A stretch of DNA of 64,000 nt from assembly GCA_963749075.1 (NCBI GenBank), contig CAVVLJ010000004.1, positions 96,001-160,000 of the forward strand. Direction: 5' to 3'. Position 1 is the first letter of the stretch, and every line of letters begins with the position of its first letter. The notes under the pieces were generated by a model. The model did not search any database and was not told the DNA's origin. It worked only from the letters and a program-made list of their open reading frames with translations. The position numbers and the translations under genes were made by a program. Shown here one piece after another: positions 40,418 to 50,152 of this stretch. Source of the stretch: an uncultured Pseudomonadota bacterium (GTDB lineage: Bacteria; Pseudomonadota; Alphaproteobacteria; JACZXZ01).

Positions 40418-41821
40418 ATGACGAGCAGCGATTGCAAGACCCCGGCCGCGAGCGCCGCGGACGACGAAGGCGGCGGATTGCCGGCAGCCGCCCGCCTCTG
40501 GGCGATCGCCACGGTGGTGCTCGGCATCTCCCTATCGGTGCTCGACGGGGCGATCGCCAACATAGCGCTGCCTACGATCGCGCGCGATCTTAAGGCCAGC
40601 GCGGTCGATTCGATCTGGGTCGTCAATGCCTACCAGCTCGCCATCACCATAACGCTCTTGCCCTTCGCCTCGCTCGGCGACATCGTCGGCTACCGCCGCA
40701 TCTATCTCCTCGGGCTCGCCGTCTTCACCCTCTCCTCGCTCGGCTGCGCGCTCTCCGGCTCGCTCACGGTGCTCACGCTGGCGCGCGTTCTCCAGGGCTT
40801 CGGCGCCGCCGGCATCATGAGCGTCAGCATGGCGCTCGTCCGCTTCATCTATCCGCGCCAGATGCTCGGCCGCGGCCTCGGCATCAACGCGATGGCGGTC
40901 GCCGTCTCCTCGGCGGTAGGCCCCACGGTGGCTTCCGCCATTCTCTCCGTCGCCCACTGGCAGTGGCTCTTCGCCGTCAACATCCCGATCGGGATCGCGG
41001 CCCTCCTTCTCGGCCTCAAGGCACTGCCGCGGGTCGCCGGCCAAAGACACCCCTTCGATTTCAAGAGCGCCGTTCTCAGCGCCGTGACCTTCGGCCTCCT
41101 GATCACCGGCATCGACGCGCTCGGCCACGAGCTCAAGCCGGCGCTGGCGGCGCTCGAGTTCGCAGGCGCCCTTGCCTGCGGCGTCGTCCTCGTCCGCCGT
41201 CAGCTCAGCATGCCGGCGCCGCTCCTCCCCGTCGATCTCCTGCGGCGGCCCCTCTTCGCGCTCTCGATCGGCACCTCGATCTGCTCGTTCACCGCCCAGA
41301 TGCTGGCCTTCGTCTCGCTGCCCTTCTATTTCCAGGACGAGCTCGGGCGCACCGCCGTGGCGACCGGCTTCCTGATGACCCCGTGGCCCATCGCGGTCGC
41401 CATCATCGCACCCATCTCCGGCCGCCTCTCGGACCGCTTCTCGGCAGGGCTCCTGGGCGGCATCGGGCTCGCGGCACTCGCCGCCGGCCTGGCGCTGATG
41501 GCCGGCTTGCCGGCGCATCCCGGCTGGGGCGAGATCGCCTGGCGGATGGCGCTCTGCGGCTTCGGCTTCGGCCTCTTCCAGTCGCCCAACAACCGCGCGA
41601 TGGCAACCTCGGCGCCCAAGGAGCGAAGCGGAGGTGCCAGCGGCATGCTGAGCACGGCGCGTCTCCTCGGCCAGACGACGGGTGCTGCCCTCGTCGCCCT
41701 CATCCTCGGCCTCGTCCCGCAGCACGGCACCACGGTCGCCCTGCTTACGGCCGCCACCTTCGCAGGCCTCGCGGCCGTGGTGAGCAGCATGCGCCTGACC
41801 GCTCTCGGCAATCCCGCTTGA
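40418..41821 (+). CDS. MFS transporter (DHA2, 14 TM)
   Basis: LDGAIANIALPTIA, WVVNAYQL, ARVLQGFGAA, FQSPNNR. Confidence 0.92.
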   Translation: MTSSDCKTPAASAADDEGGGLPAAARLWAIATVVLGISLSVLDGAIANIALPTIARDLKASAVDSIWVVNAYQLAITITLLPFASLGDIVGYRRIYLLGLAVFTLSSLGCALSGSLTVLTLARVLQGFGAAGIMSVSMALVRFIYPRQMLGRGLGINAMAVAVSSAVGPTVASAILSVAHWQWLFAVNIPIGIAALLLGLKALPRVAGQRHPFDFKSAVLSAVTFGLLITGIDALGHELKPALAALEFAGALACGVVLVRRQLSMPAPLLPVDLLRRPLFALSIGTSICSFTAQMLAFVSLPFYFQDELGRTAVATGFLMTPWPIAVAIIAPISGRLSDRFSAGLLGGIGLAALAAGLALMAGLPAHPGWGEIAWRMALCGFGFGLFQSPNNRAMATSAPKERSGGASGMLSTARLLGQTTGAALVALILGLVPQHGTTVALLTAATFAGLAAVVSSMRLTALGNPA

Positions 41822-41856
41822 GCGGCGATGGGCCCGCGCATGATGGAAAGAGCCCG

Positions 41857-42865
41857 ATGAGAAAAGGACGCAGCGGCAAGCCGCCGGCCCATCTCCACAT
41901 CGAGAACCTGCGCGCGCTCGGCGAGGTGTTCGAGGCCACGCCCAGGCGCGTCAAGGAGGCGCTCGCGCGGCGCCCCTGGCTCGAGGGCCGCGTGCGCATC
42001 ACGATCGGCTACGACGGCGACATCTACGGAAAGGCGATGCGCACGGCGGATGCCCTCTTCGGCTGGCGCTTCGAGCGCCGCGATCTTGGCAGCCTGGCGC
42101 CCAGGCTCAAATGGGTGCACGCGCATGGCGCCGGCGTCAATCACCTGATGCCGCTCGACTGGCTGCCCAAGGGGGCGGTTTTGACCAACAGCCGCGGCGT
42201 GCACGGCCCGCGGGCGGACGAGTACACGGTCATGGCGCTCCTCATGCTCAACAACGGCCTGCCGCGCATGGCCGCCAACCAGCGCTGCGGCAAGTGGGAG
42301 CAGGTCTTCGAGAGCTCGATCGCCGGCAAGACGCTTCTCGTCGTGGGCGTGGGCCACGTCGGCGGCGGTGCGGCGCGCTGGGCCAAGCGCTTCGGGCTCC
42401 ACGTCATCGGCGTGCGCCGCTCGGGGCGGCCGCACCGCCACGTCGACGAGATGCACCGCCCCGAGGCGCTCCGCCGCCTCCTGCCGCGCGCCGATTTCGT
42501 ATTGGTTGCAGCACCGCATACGGCGGAGAGCCATCATCTCATCGGTGCCGGCGAGCTCGCCCTCATGAAGCGCGGTGCCGGCCTCGTCAACTACAGCCGC
42601 GCCGAGCTCGTCGATTACGCGGCCCTCGGGCGCCATCTCGCGGCCGGGCGGCTCGCCGCCGTGCTCGAACGTCTTCGAGTCGGAGCCGCTGCCAAAGAAT
42701 TCACCCCTCTGGAAGACGCCCAACCTCATCATCACGCCCCATTCCTCGTCGGACGACCGCGCGCTCTATACGCCCAAGACGCTCGACCTCGTGATGGAGA
42801 ACCTCGAGCGCCTCATCAAGGGCAAACGCTTGCGCAACCGGGTGAGCGCCAAGCGCCAGTATTAG
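41857..42865 (+). CDS. D-2-hydroxyacid dehydrogenase family; +1 frameshift near 42668
   Basis: AGVNH, GVGHVG, N.SR, then (D)VFESEPLP..SPLW..PNLIITPH in the next frame. Confidence 0.85.
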
Positions 42866-42954
42866 CGTGGGCCGGCGCCTCGATTGCCGCCGCGCGCGAA
42901 ATGCGCTAACCAAGCCTGTGGGCGAACGCAACGCGGTTTCCAAACGGGAGATCG

Positions 42955-44115
42955 ATGCCTATCTCACCAAGTTCTGATCCGGCGGCGACAGCGGACCTCT
43001 TCGATCCCGCGCATTACGCGAACGTGCGCCTGCCGGTCCTCGAAGCGGAGACGCTGCCCGCCTGGTGCTATACCTCGGATGCCTTCTACAAGCGCGAGGT
43101 CCAGCACATCTTCAAGCGGACGTGGAACTTCATCGCGCGCGAGGACGAGCTCAAGAACCCCGGCGACTATGCGACCTTCCGGCTCCTCGGCGAGCCGCTC
43201 CTCGTCGTGCGCGGGAGGGAGGGCCGGCTCCGCGCCTTCGCCAACATCTGCCGCCACCGCGGCACGCGCATGCTCGAGGAGAGCGGCAACTGCCGCGTCA
43301 TCACCTGCCCCTATCACGGCTGGGCCTATGCGCTCGATGGCGCCCTCATAGCGGCACCGGGCATGGACGAGACGCGCGCCTTCGACCGCGGGCGCTACGG
43401 CCTCCTCCCCATCCGTCTCGAGAGCTGGGAGGGCTTCCTCTTCGCCACCTTCGATTCCGCGGCCGAGCCGCTCGCGGCCTATCTGGGCGAGCTTCCCGAA
43501 CGGCTCGCCTCCTACAATTTCGCGGACATGGTCTGCGTGCGGCGGCGCTCTTACGTGCTCGCCTGCAACTGGAAGGTCTATCTCGAGAACGCGATGGAGG
43601 ACTACCACACGCCCATGGTGCACAAGACCTCGATCGGGAAGCAGCTTACGGTGCGCGTCCAAGGCCGCGGCGCCTGGGCCGGCACGCATCTCCCGGGCGA
43701 GCGGACCATCGCCCTCCTGCCCGAGGATGCCGAGAGCGCTCTGCCGCCCATCCCGAGCCTCGCAGGCCTCGCCGCGCACGGCAGCCATTTCCTCGCCCTC
43801 TATCCCGCGACCTTCTTTGCTGCCACCCAGGACTGCATGTGGTGGCTGCAGCAGTTCCCGCTCGGCCCCGAGCGCACCAAGGTGGTGCACGGCTGCTGCT
43901 TCCCGCGCGCGAGCGTCGAGCGCGCCGACTTCGCGGCGAAGGTCGAGAGCTACTACCGCCGCTGGGACGCCTCGCTCGCCGAGGACAACGCCATCTCCGA
44001 GCGCCAGCAGGCCGGCCTCGCCTCGTCGTTCAACCGCCCCGGCCGGCTCTCCTGCCGCGAGCCCCTGGTGCACGACATCGCCAACTGGGTGCTCGACCGC
44101 GTGCTGGATGAGTAA
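42955..44115 (+). CDS. Rieske non-heme iron oxygenase alpha subunit (choline monooxygenase/N-demethylase-like)
   Basis: NICRHRG...CPYHGW Rieske motif; NWK...EN.ME.YH...VH; ED...E.QQ.GL. Confidence 0.9.
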   Translation: MPISPSSDPAATADLFDPAHYANVRLPVLEAETLPAWCYTSDAFYKREVQHIFKRTWNFIAREDELKNPGDYATFRLLGEPLLVVRGREGRLRAFANICRHRGTRMLEESGNCRVITCPYHGWAYALDGALIAAPGMDETRAFDRGRYGLLPIRLESWEGFLFATFDSAAEPLAAYLGELPERLASYNFADMVCVRRRSYVLACNWKVYLENAMEDYHTPMVHKTSIGKQLTVRVQGRGAWAGTHLPGERTIALLPEDAESALPPIPSLAGLAAHGSHFLALYPATFFAATQDCMWWLQQFPLGPERTKVVHGCCFPRASVERADFAAKVESYYRRWDASLAEDNAISERQQAGLASSFNRPGRLSCREPLVHDIANWVLDRVLDE

Positions 44116-44117
44116 AT

Positions 44118-44142
44118 CCCTCTCCCGCAAGCGGGCGAGGGG
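44118..44142. repeat. Palindromic hairpin (REP-like), possible terminator between convergent genes
   Basis: ccctctcccgcaagcgggcgagggg. Confidence 0.55.
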
Positions 44143-44197
44143 TTTCTTGCCTTCTCCCGTCAGCGCGGGCGACTCACGGCGGTGAAGCGCGTGCCGT

Positions 44198-45325
44198 CTA
44201 CACCACGAGCGTGTCGCTGACCGACCAGGTGATGACGACCTCGGCACCGTAGGCCGGCGTGCCGATGCCGGCGCGGTGCTGCTGCTTCAAGGTGAGCGGG
44301 GCGCCGAAGGGGGTCTCGAGCACGTAGCGGTGCATCTCGCCGACGAACGTGACCTCGCGCACGATGGCCGGGACGGCGTTGATCCCGGGTGCGGCCGACG
44401 CGTGCCCCGCCTCGGCGAAGAGCAGCTTCTCGGGGCGCACCGCGAGCACGACTTGAGCCCCCACCTCGCGGGCGCCGGGCGAGAGCGCCCTCACCGTGGC
44501 ATTGCCGAGCCGCACCACGGCCGCGCCGCCTTCCATGCCGGCGAGCGTGCCTTCGAGGAAGTTGGATTCGCCGACGAAGGCGGCGACGAAGCGGTTGGCC
44601 GGGCGATCGTAAAGGTCGGCGGGAGTGCCGAGCTGCTCGATGCGGCCCTGGTTCATCACGGCGATGCGGTCCGACATGATGAGCGCCTCGCGCTGGTCGT
44701 GCGTCACGTAGATGAAGGTGATGCCGAGCTGCTGATGGAGGCGCTTGATCTCGAGCTGCAGGCCCTCGCGCAGCTGCTTGTCGAGCGCGCTCAAGGGCTC
44801 GTCCATGAGGAGGACGCGCGGGTTGAAGATGATGGCGCGCGCGAGCGCCACGCGCTGCTGCTGGCCGCCGGAGAGCTGGCGGGGATAGCGCGCCTCGTAG
44901 CCCGAGAGCTGCACGATCTCGAGCACCTCGCCGATGCGCCGTAGGATGGTCGCCTTGTCGACGCGGCGCTGCTTGAGCGCGAAGCCGACGTTCTCCGCCA
45001 CGGTCATGTGGGGAAAGAGCGCGTAGTTCTGGAACACCATGCCGATGTTGCGGCGATAGGGCGGGGTCTGCACGATCGGCTGGGAGTCGATGTAGATCTC
45101 GCCGCCCGTGGGGAACTCGAAGCCGGCGATCATCATGAGCGTGGTGGTCTTGCCCGAGCCGCTCGGCCCGAGCAGCGTGATGAATTCGCCCGGCTCCATG
45201 GCCAGGCTCAAGTCGTCGACCGCCACGACAGCACCAAAGCGCTTGTCGAGATGCTCGAGCACGACCGAGGCGCCGGTCCTGGTGGCGTGCGCCGCCTCGG
45301 CCGCGGCAGCCATTGTCGTCTCCAT
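44198..45325 (-). CDS. PotA-like ABC ATP-binding protein
   Basis: [40 protein letters not shown]-terminus. Confidence 0.93.
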   Translation of the reverse strand: METTMAAAAEAAHATRTGASVVLEHLDKRFGAVVAVDDLSLAMEPGEFITLLGPSGSGKTTTLMMIAGFEFPTGGEIYIDSQPIVQTPPYRRNIGMVFQNYALFPHMTVAENVGFALKQRRVDKATILRRIGEVLEIVQLSGYEARYPRQLSGGQQQRVALARAIIFNPRVLLMDEPLSALDKQLREGLQLEIKRLHQQLGITFIYVTHDQREALIMSDRIAVMNQGRIEQLGTPADLYDRPANRFVAAFVGESNFLEGTLAGMEGGAAVVRLGNATVRALSPGAREVGAQVVLAVRPEKLLFAEAGHASAAPGINAVPAIVREVTFVGEMHRYVLETPFGAPLTLKQQHRAGIGTPAYGAEVVITWSVSDTLVV

Positions 45326-45537
45326 CGGCTTCCCTGCCCGTTCCCGTTCGCTCGCGCGAACAATAGACGAAGTGCGCCGGCCGCGTCATCCGCAAATACG
45401 GCCGAGGTGCTGCGGATGGGGCGCCGGGGACGAGACAATTGACGGGAAGAGGGTCTCGGCTATGCTGGCTCTCCGAACCGGCGCCGCGGTTGCGGTCGAA
45501 AAGCCGGCCGAAGTGATAAGAAATTAGGCAGGGCTGG

Positions 45538-46416
45538 ATGGCTTCGGCGCTCGGGCGCTCCGCCAGGGAAGCGGCACATCTCAGGGGCCGGCAGCTCCGC
45601 CACGTGGCGCTCGTGCTGCCGCTGCTCGCCTATCTCTGCGTATTCTACGCCTATCCGGTCGCGGCCATGATGTTCCGCAGCATCCGCGAGCCGCACTGGG
45701 GCGTCGAGAACTTCGCCGCGATCTTCAAGACCGGCATCTATCTCGAGGTGCTCTGGCTCACGGTGCGCATCGGCCTCGTCGTGGCGATCGCCTCGCTGCT
45801 GCTCGGCTATCCGCTCGCCTACGTGCTGGCGCGCGTCGAGCGCTCCAAGTCGAACCTCATGATGATCCTCGTGCTCGTGCCCTTCTGGAGCAGCATCCTC
45901 GTGCGCACCTATGCCTGGATGGTGCTGCTCGGCCGCCAGGGCGTCGTCAACCAGCTCCTCCTCTGGCTCGGCGTCATCGACGAGCCGCTGAGACTCCTCA
46001 ACACCACGCTCGCGGTCTACATCGCCATGGTGCATGTGCTGCTGCCCTTCATGATCCTGCCGCTTTACGGCGTCATGCGCGGCATCGACGAGAGCCTGCT
46101 GCGCGCGGCGCAAGGCCTCGGCGCGCGGCCGAGCGGCGTCTTCCGCAAGATCGTGCTGCCGCTCTCGCTGCCGGGCATCTCGGCGGGCTGCCTCCTCGTC
46201 TTCATCCTCGCCCTCGGCTTCTTCATCACGCCCGCCCTCGTCGGCGGCCCGCGCGATCTCATGATCGCCGTGCTCATCCAGCAGCAGGTCGACCTCTTCA
46301 ACTGGCCCTTCGCCTCGGCGCTCGCCGTATTGCTGCTGGCGGCGGCACTCCTCATCTTCGCCGTCTTCGCGCGCACGCTCGGCGTCGAGGAGACCTTCGG
46401 CCGGGCGCGCACATGA
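45538..46416 (+). CDS. PotB-like ABC permease
   Basis: PFWSSILVRTYAW, LPFMILPLY, FFITPALVGG. Confidence 0.9.
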   Translation: MASALGRSAREAAHLRGRQLRHVALVLPLLAYLCVFYAYPVAAMMFRSIREPHWGVENFAAIFKTGIYLEVLWLTVRIGLVVAIASLLLGYPLAYVLARVERSKSNLMMILVLVPFWSSILVRTYAWMVLLGRQGVVNQLLLWLGVIDEPLRLLNTTLAVYIAMVHVLLPFMILPLYGVMRGIDESLLRAAQGLGARPSGVFRKIVLPLSLPGISAGCLLVFILALGFFITPALVGGPRDLMIAVLIQQQVDLFNWPFASALAVLLLAAALLIFAVFARTLGVEETFGRART

Positions 46417-47252
46417 GACGGGACCCGCGCGCCCGGCGCGCCGCCCGGCGCCCGCATCGGGTGCCGCTCTGGTGCGCTGCCCTCGCGGCCGTCGTGCTCT
46501 TCTACCTCGTAACACCCATCCTCGTGATCGTTCCGCTCTCCTTCTCCTCGGCGCTCTATCTCAGCTTTCCGCCGCCCGGGTTCAGCCTGCAGTGGTATCG
46601 CAACTTCTTCGCGCGTCCCGATTGGCTCGCCGCGGCCTGGCTCAGCATCTGGGTCGGTGCGACTGTCATGGTGCTGGCGACCGGGCTCGGCACGCCGGCG
46701 GCGATGGGGCTGGTGCGCGGCCGCTTCCGGGGGCGGAAGGCGATCAACGCCTTCATCCTCTCGCCGCTCATCGCACCCGTCATCATCGTGGCGATCGGCG
46801 TCTATTTCTTCTATGCCGAGCTCGGGCTCGTCGGCAGCGCCTATGCCCTCGTCTTGGCGCACACGGCGCTCGCGGTGCCCTTCGTGGTCATCAACGTCTC
46901 GGCCACGCTCTACGCCTTCGACGAGCGGCTCGAGCATGCCGCACTCAGCCTGGGTGCCACGCCCTGGCGGACCTTCTGGCAGGTGACGCTGCCGCTCATC
47001 CGGCCCGGCGTGCTGGCGGGCGCCGTCTTCGCCTTCATCTCCTCCTTCGACGAGCTCATCGTGGCGCTCTTCGTCTCCGGCACCACGGCGGTGACGCTGC
47101 CGCGCAAGATGTGGCAGAGCATCCGCTTCGAGATCGACCCCACCATCGCGGCGGTCTCGACGCTGCTCATCGCCATTACCGCGACGCTTTTCCTCACGGC
47201 GGAAATGCTGCGCCGGCGCTCCGAGCGACTGCGCACGGCGCCGCAGGCGTGA
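46413..47252 (+). CDS. PotC-like ABC permease
   Basis: FSLQWY, LEHAALSLGA, FISSFDE, TLPRKMW, DPTIAAVS. Confidence 0.9.
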   Translation: MRRDPRARRAARRPHRVPLWCAALAAVVLFYLVTPILVIVPLSFSSALYLSFPPPGFSLQWYRNFFARPDWLAAAWLSIWVGATVMVLATGLGTPAAMGLVRGRFRGRKAINAFILSPLIAPVIIVAIGVYFFYAELGLVGSAYALVLAHTALAVPFVVINVSATLYAFDERLEHAALSLGATPWRTFWQVTLPLIRPGVLAGAVFAFISSFDELIVALFVSGTTAVTLPRKMWQSIRFEIDPTIAAVSTLLIAITATLFLTAEMLRRRSERLRTAPQA

Positions 47253-47434
47253 GCGCGGCGGCGGCGGCCCCGGTGGAGTCCTGATTTGAGCACGACCGGG
47301 AATCCGGTTGACTCCCCTTTCTCGGCGGCAGCAGGATACGCGCAAGGCGCGCGAGGCAGAGAAGAGGTTCCGCGAAGACGCGCGAAGCGACGCGGAACGG
47401 CTCGCCGCGCAGCTCACGAACAGGGAGAGAAGCC

Positions 47435-48628
47435 ATGCGCGAAGATCGGGATATCGCGGAATATTTTCTGTCGCTGGCGCATAAGTCGCCCCATGCGGCG
47501 GCGATGGGCCGCCGCCAGCTCATGCGCTCGGCGGGCCGCTTGGCTCTCGGCGCCGGCGCCATTGCCGCGCTCGGCAAGATGCTTGCAGGCGGCGAACTCC
47601 TTGCTGCCGACGCGCCGGCATTGCCCGAGATCACCTCGATCCCCGCAAAGCTCAAGGGCACGGGCAGCGTGCGCGTCTGCTCCTACGGCGGCGCCTTCCA
47701 GGAGGCGCAGCGCAAGGCCTATTTCGAGCCCTTCGAGCGCCTCTCGGGCATCAAGGTGATCGAGGCCGAGGGGCCCGACGTGGTCAAGGTCAAGGCCATG
47801 GTCGATACCAAGAACGTCGAATGGGACGTGGCCGAGTTCGACATGGCGGACATCATCAACCTCGAGCGCAAGGGCGACTATTGGGAGCCCATCGACTACA
47901 GCCTCGTCGATACCGCCGACATCGACGCCTCGTTCCGCGCCAAGAACGCGCTCGCCATGCTGCCCTACGGGCAGGTCATGGCCTACCGTACCGACGTCTT
48001 CAAGGGTGCCGTGCCCGACGGCTGGGCCGACTTCTGGGACACCAAGAAGTTCCCCGGCGGCCGCACCATGCCGGCGGGAACGGGCGGGCTCGTGCCCGAT
48101 CTCGAATCCGCGACCATGGCGGCGGGCGTGCCCATGGACAAGATCTATCCGATCGACGTCGACAAGGCCTACGCGAGCCTCGCCAAGATCAAGTCCGCCG
48201 TGGTCAAGTGGTGGGAGGCGGGCGCCATCCCAGCACAGCTCCTCAACGACAAGGAAGTCACCATGGGCATCGCCTGGAACGGCCGCATCGCCGCCATCCA
48301 GGCCAAGGGCGCTCCCGTCGACATCTCCTGGCGCCAGGGTGCTCTGCGCACCGACGTGTGGGCCGTGCCCAAGGGCGCTCCCAACCGCGAGAACGCCATG
48401 AAGTTCACCGCCTTCATCACGGAGCCCATCGCGCAGGCGCGCCTCTCCATGCTGATCCCCTACGGCTTCGTCAACAACAAGGCCGTGAACTACCTGCCGG
48501 CGGCGCGCCTCAAGGTGCTGCCGACCTCGCCCGAGATCAAGAAGCAGCTCTACATCTACAATTCCCTATGGTGGGCGGACAACCGCGACAAGGTCATCTC
48601 GCGCTGGGCGAGCTTCGTCTTGAAATAG
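47435..48628 (+). CDS. PotD-like ABC substrate-binding protein (Tat-like signal)
   Basis: GRRQL twin-arginine; SYGG..Q.AQ..AYF.PF, W.DFWD..KFPG, AWNGR. Confidence 0.88.
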   Translation: MREDRDIAEYFLSLAHKSPHAAAMGRRQLMRSAGRLALGAGAIAALGKMLAGGELLAADAPALPEITSIPAKLKGTGSVRVCSYGGAFQEAQRKAYFEPFERLSGIKVIEAEGPDVVKVKAMVDTKNVEWDVAEFDMADIINLERKGDYWEPIDYSLVDTADIDASFRAKNALAMLPYGQVMAYRTDVFKGAVPDGWADFWDTKKFPGGRTMPAGTGGLVPDLESATMAAGVPMDKIYPIDVDKAYASLAKIKSAVVKWWEAGAIPAQLLNDKEVTMGIAWNGRIAAIQAKGAPVDISWRQGALRTDVWAVPKGAPNRENAMKFTAFITEPIAQARLSMLIPYGFVNNKAVNYLPAARLKVLPTSPEIKKQLYIYNSLWWADNRDKVISRWASFVLK

Positions 48629-48677
48629 GCGGGAAGTTCCGGTGCTCAGACGTCTCGAGGACGCTTGCAGCGCCATC

Positions 48678-48797
48678 GTGGGTCCTTCGAGACGCGCCCC
48701 TTCGGGGCGCTCCTCAGGATGAGGTCGATTTGTGTGTGGCAGAAAGACTTGACCTCATCCTGAGGAGCGAGCGCAGCGAGCGTCTCGAAGGACCCAC
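48678..48797. repeat. Paired palindromic element (CCTTCGAGAC...CTCAGGATGAGG family)
   Basis: Long inverted repeat gtgggtccttcgagacgc...gcgtctcgaaggacccac; same family as 20287-20451. Confidence 0.78.
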
Positions 48798-48926
48798 CGC
48801 GGCCAGTCCGAGACGCCTTTTCGCGGAGCAACGCCACGATTTGTCGGCGATCTTCGCGTTTGCGTGGATCCCGTAACTGAGCGGGAGAGGGCAGAGCGAG
48901 GCGGGGCGCCCGCGGGAAGCATCCGG

Positions 48927-50087
48927 ATGGCACTCCATTTCGAGCGGAGCGAGATCAGGGCGCGCATCGCGCGCGCGCGGGCGGCGTTGCGCGAGGCCGA
49001 TCTCGCGGCCCTCCTGATCTTCGCGCAGGAGAGCCACTATTACCTGACCGGCTTCGATACCGGCGGCTTCGTCTTCTTCCAATGCGCCGTGCTCGCGGCC
49101 GACGAGCAGCCGATCACGCTCCTCACGCGCAAGCCGGACCTCGAGCAGGCGCGGCGCACCTCGGTCATCGAGGACGTGCGCATCTGGTACGACGAGGAAG
49201 GTGCCGATCCCACGCGCGAGCTCAAGGCGATCCTCGCCGAGAAGGGGCTCGGAGGCCACCGCCTCGGCATCGAGCTTGATACCTTCGGCCTCACCGGCTT
49301 CAACCACGAGCGCGTGCGCCGCCGTTTGGACGGCTGGTGCACGCTGGTCGACGCCTCGAATGTCGTGCGCGCGCTGCGCGTCGCCAAATCGCCGGCCGAG
49401 CTCGCCTATGTGCGGAAGGCGGCCGGCCTCGCCGACGACGCCCTCCTCGCCATGCTCGCCGCCACGCGCCCCGGCGCCTTCGAGGGCGCCATCGCGGCGG
49501 CGGGCGCTTCGGCCATCCTCGCGGGCGGCGGCGACCCGCCGCCCTCGGGTCCCGTGCTCGGCTCGGGCGAGAGGGCGCTTCTCGTGCGGAGCGCCACCGG
49601 CTACCGCACCCTCGACCCCAAGGACCAGCTCACCCTCGAGTTCGCCGGCAGCTACCGCTACTACTGCGCCTGCCTCATGCGCACCGTCGCCGTTGGCCAG
49701 GGCAACGCGCGCCAGCGCGCCATGTACGAGGCGACGCGCGATGCGCTCGCCGCCATGGACGAGGCGGTGCGGCCCGGCCGGCCGCTCGGCGAGATCGACG
49801 ACGCCCACCGCCGGGTCTTCGATGCGGCCGGCTTTGGCGGCGCGCGCCTGGCCGCCTGCGGCTACTCGCTCGGCGCCACCTTCAAGCCCTCCTGGATGGA
49901 CGTGCCGCCGATGATCTACTCGGGCAACCCGGTGCCGGCGCTCTCCGGCATGGTGCTCTTCCTCCATGCCATCCTCATCGATGCCGACCATGATCTCGCC
50001 ATGTCGCTCGGCCACACGGTCGTCGTCGGCGAGCACGGCGCCGAGGTCCTGAGCAGGCTCGCGCCCGAATACCGCGTCTGCGTCTGA
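48927..50087 (+). CDS. M24 (pita-bread) peptidase family, EutD/DoeA/creatinase-like hydrolase
   Basis: YYLTGFD, KSPAEL, LEFAGSYRYY.A.LMRT, CGYSLGATF.PSW. Confidence 0.82.
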   Translation: MALHFERSEIRARIARARAALREADLAALLIFAQESHYYLTGFDTGGFVFFQCAVLAADEQPITLLTRKPDLEQARRTSVIEDVRIWYDEEGADPTRELKAILAEKGLGGHRLGIELDTFGLTGFNHERVRRRLDGWCTLVDASNVVRALRVAKSPAELAYVRKAAGLADDALLAMLAATRPGAFEGAIAAAGASAILAGGGDPPPSGPVLGSGERALLVRSATGYRTLDPKDQLTLEFAGSYRYYCACLMRTVAVGQGNARQRAMYEATRDALAAMDEAVRPGRPLGEIDDAHRRVFDAAGFGGARLAACGYSLGATFKPSWMDVPPMIYSGNPVPALSGMVLFLHAILIDADHDLAMSLGHTVVVGEHGAEVLSRLAPEYRVCV

Positions 50088-50091
50088 CTTT

Positions 50092-50139
50092 CGCTTGCCG
50101 TTCTAGGCGCTTGCCGTTCTAGGCGCTTGCCGCTCCAGG
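50092..50139. repeat. 16-bp tandem repeat x3
   Basis: cgcttgccgttctagg x2 plus cgcttgccgctccagg, abutting the GGAGG RBS. Confidence 0.8.
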
Positions 50140-50152
50140 GAGGTCTTCCGCG

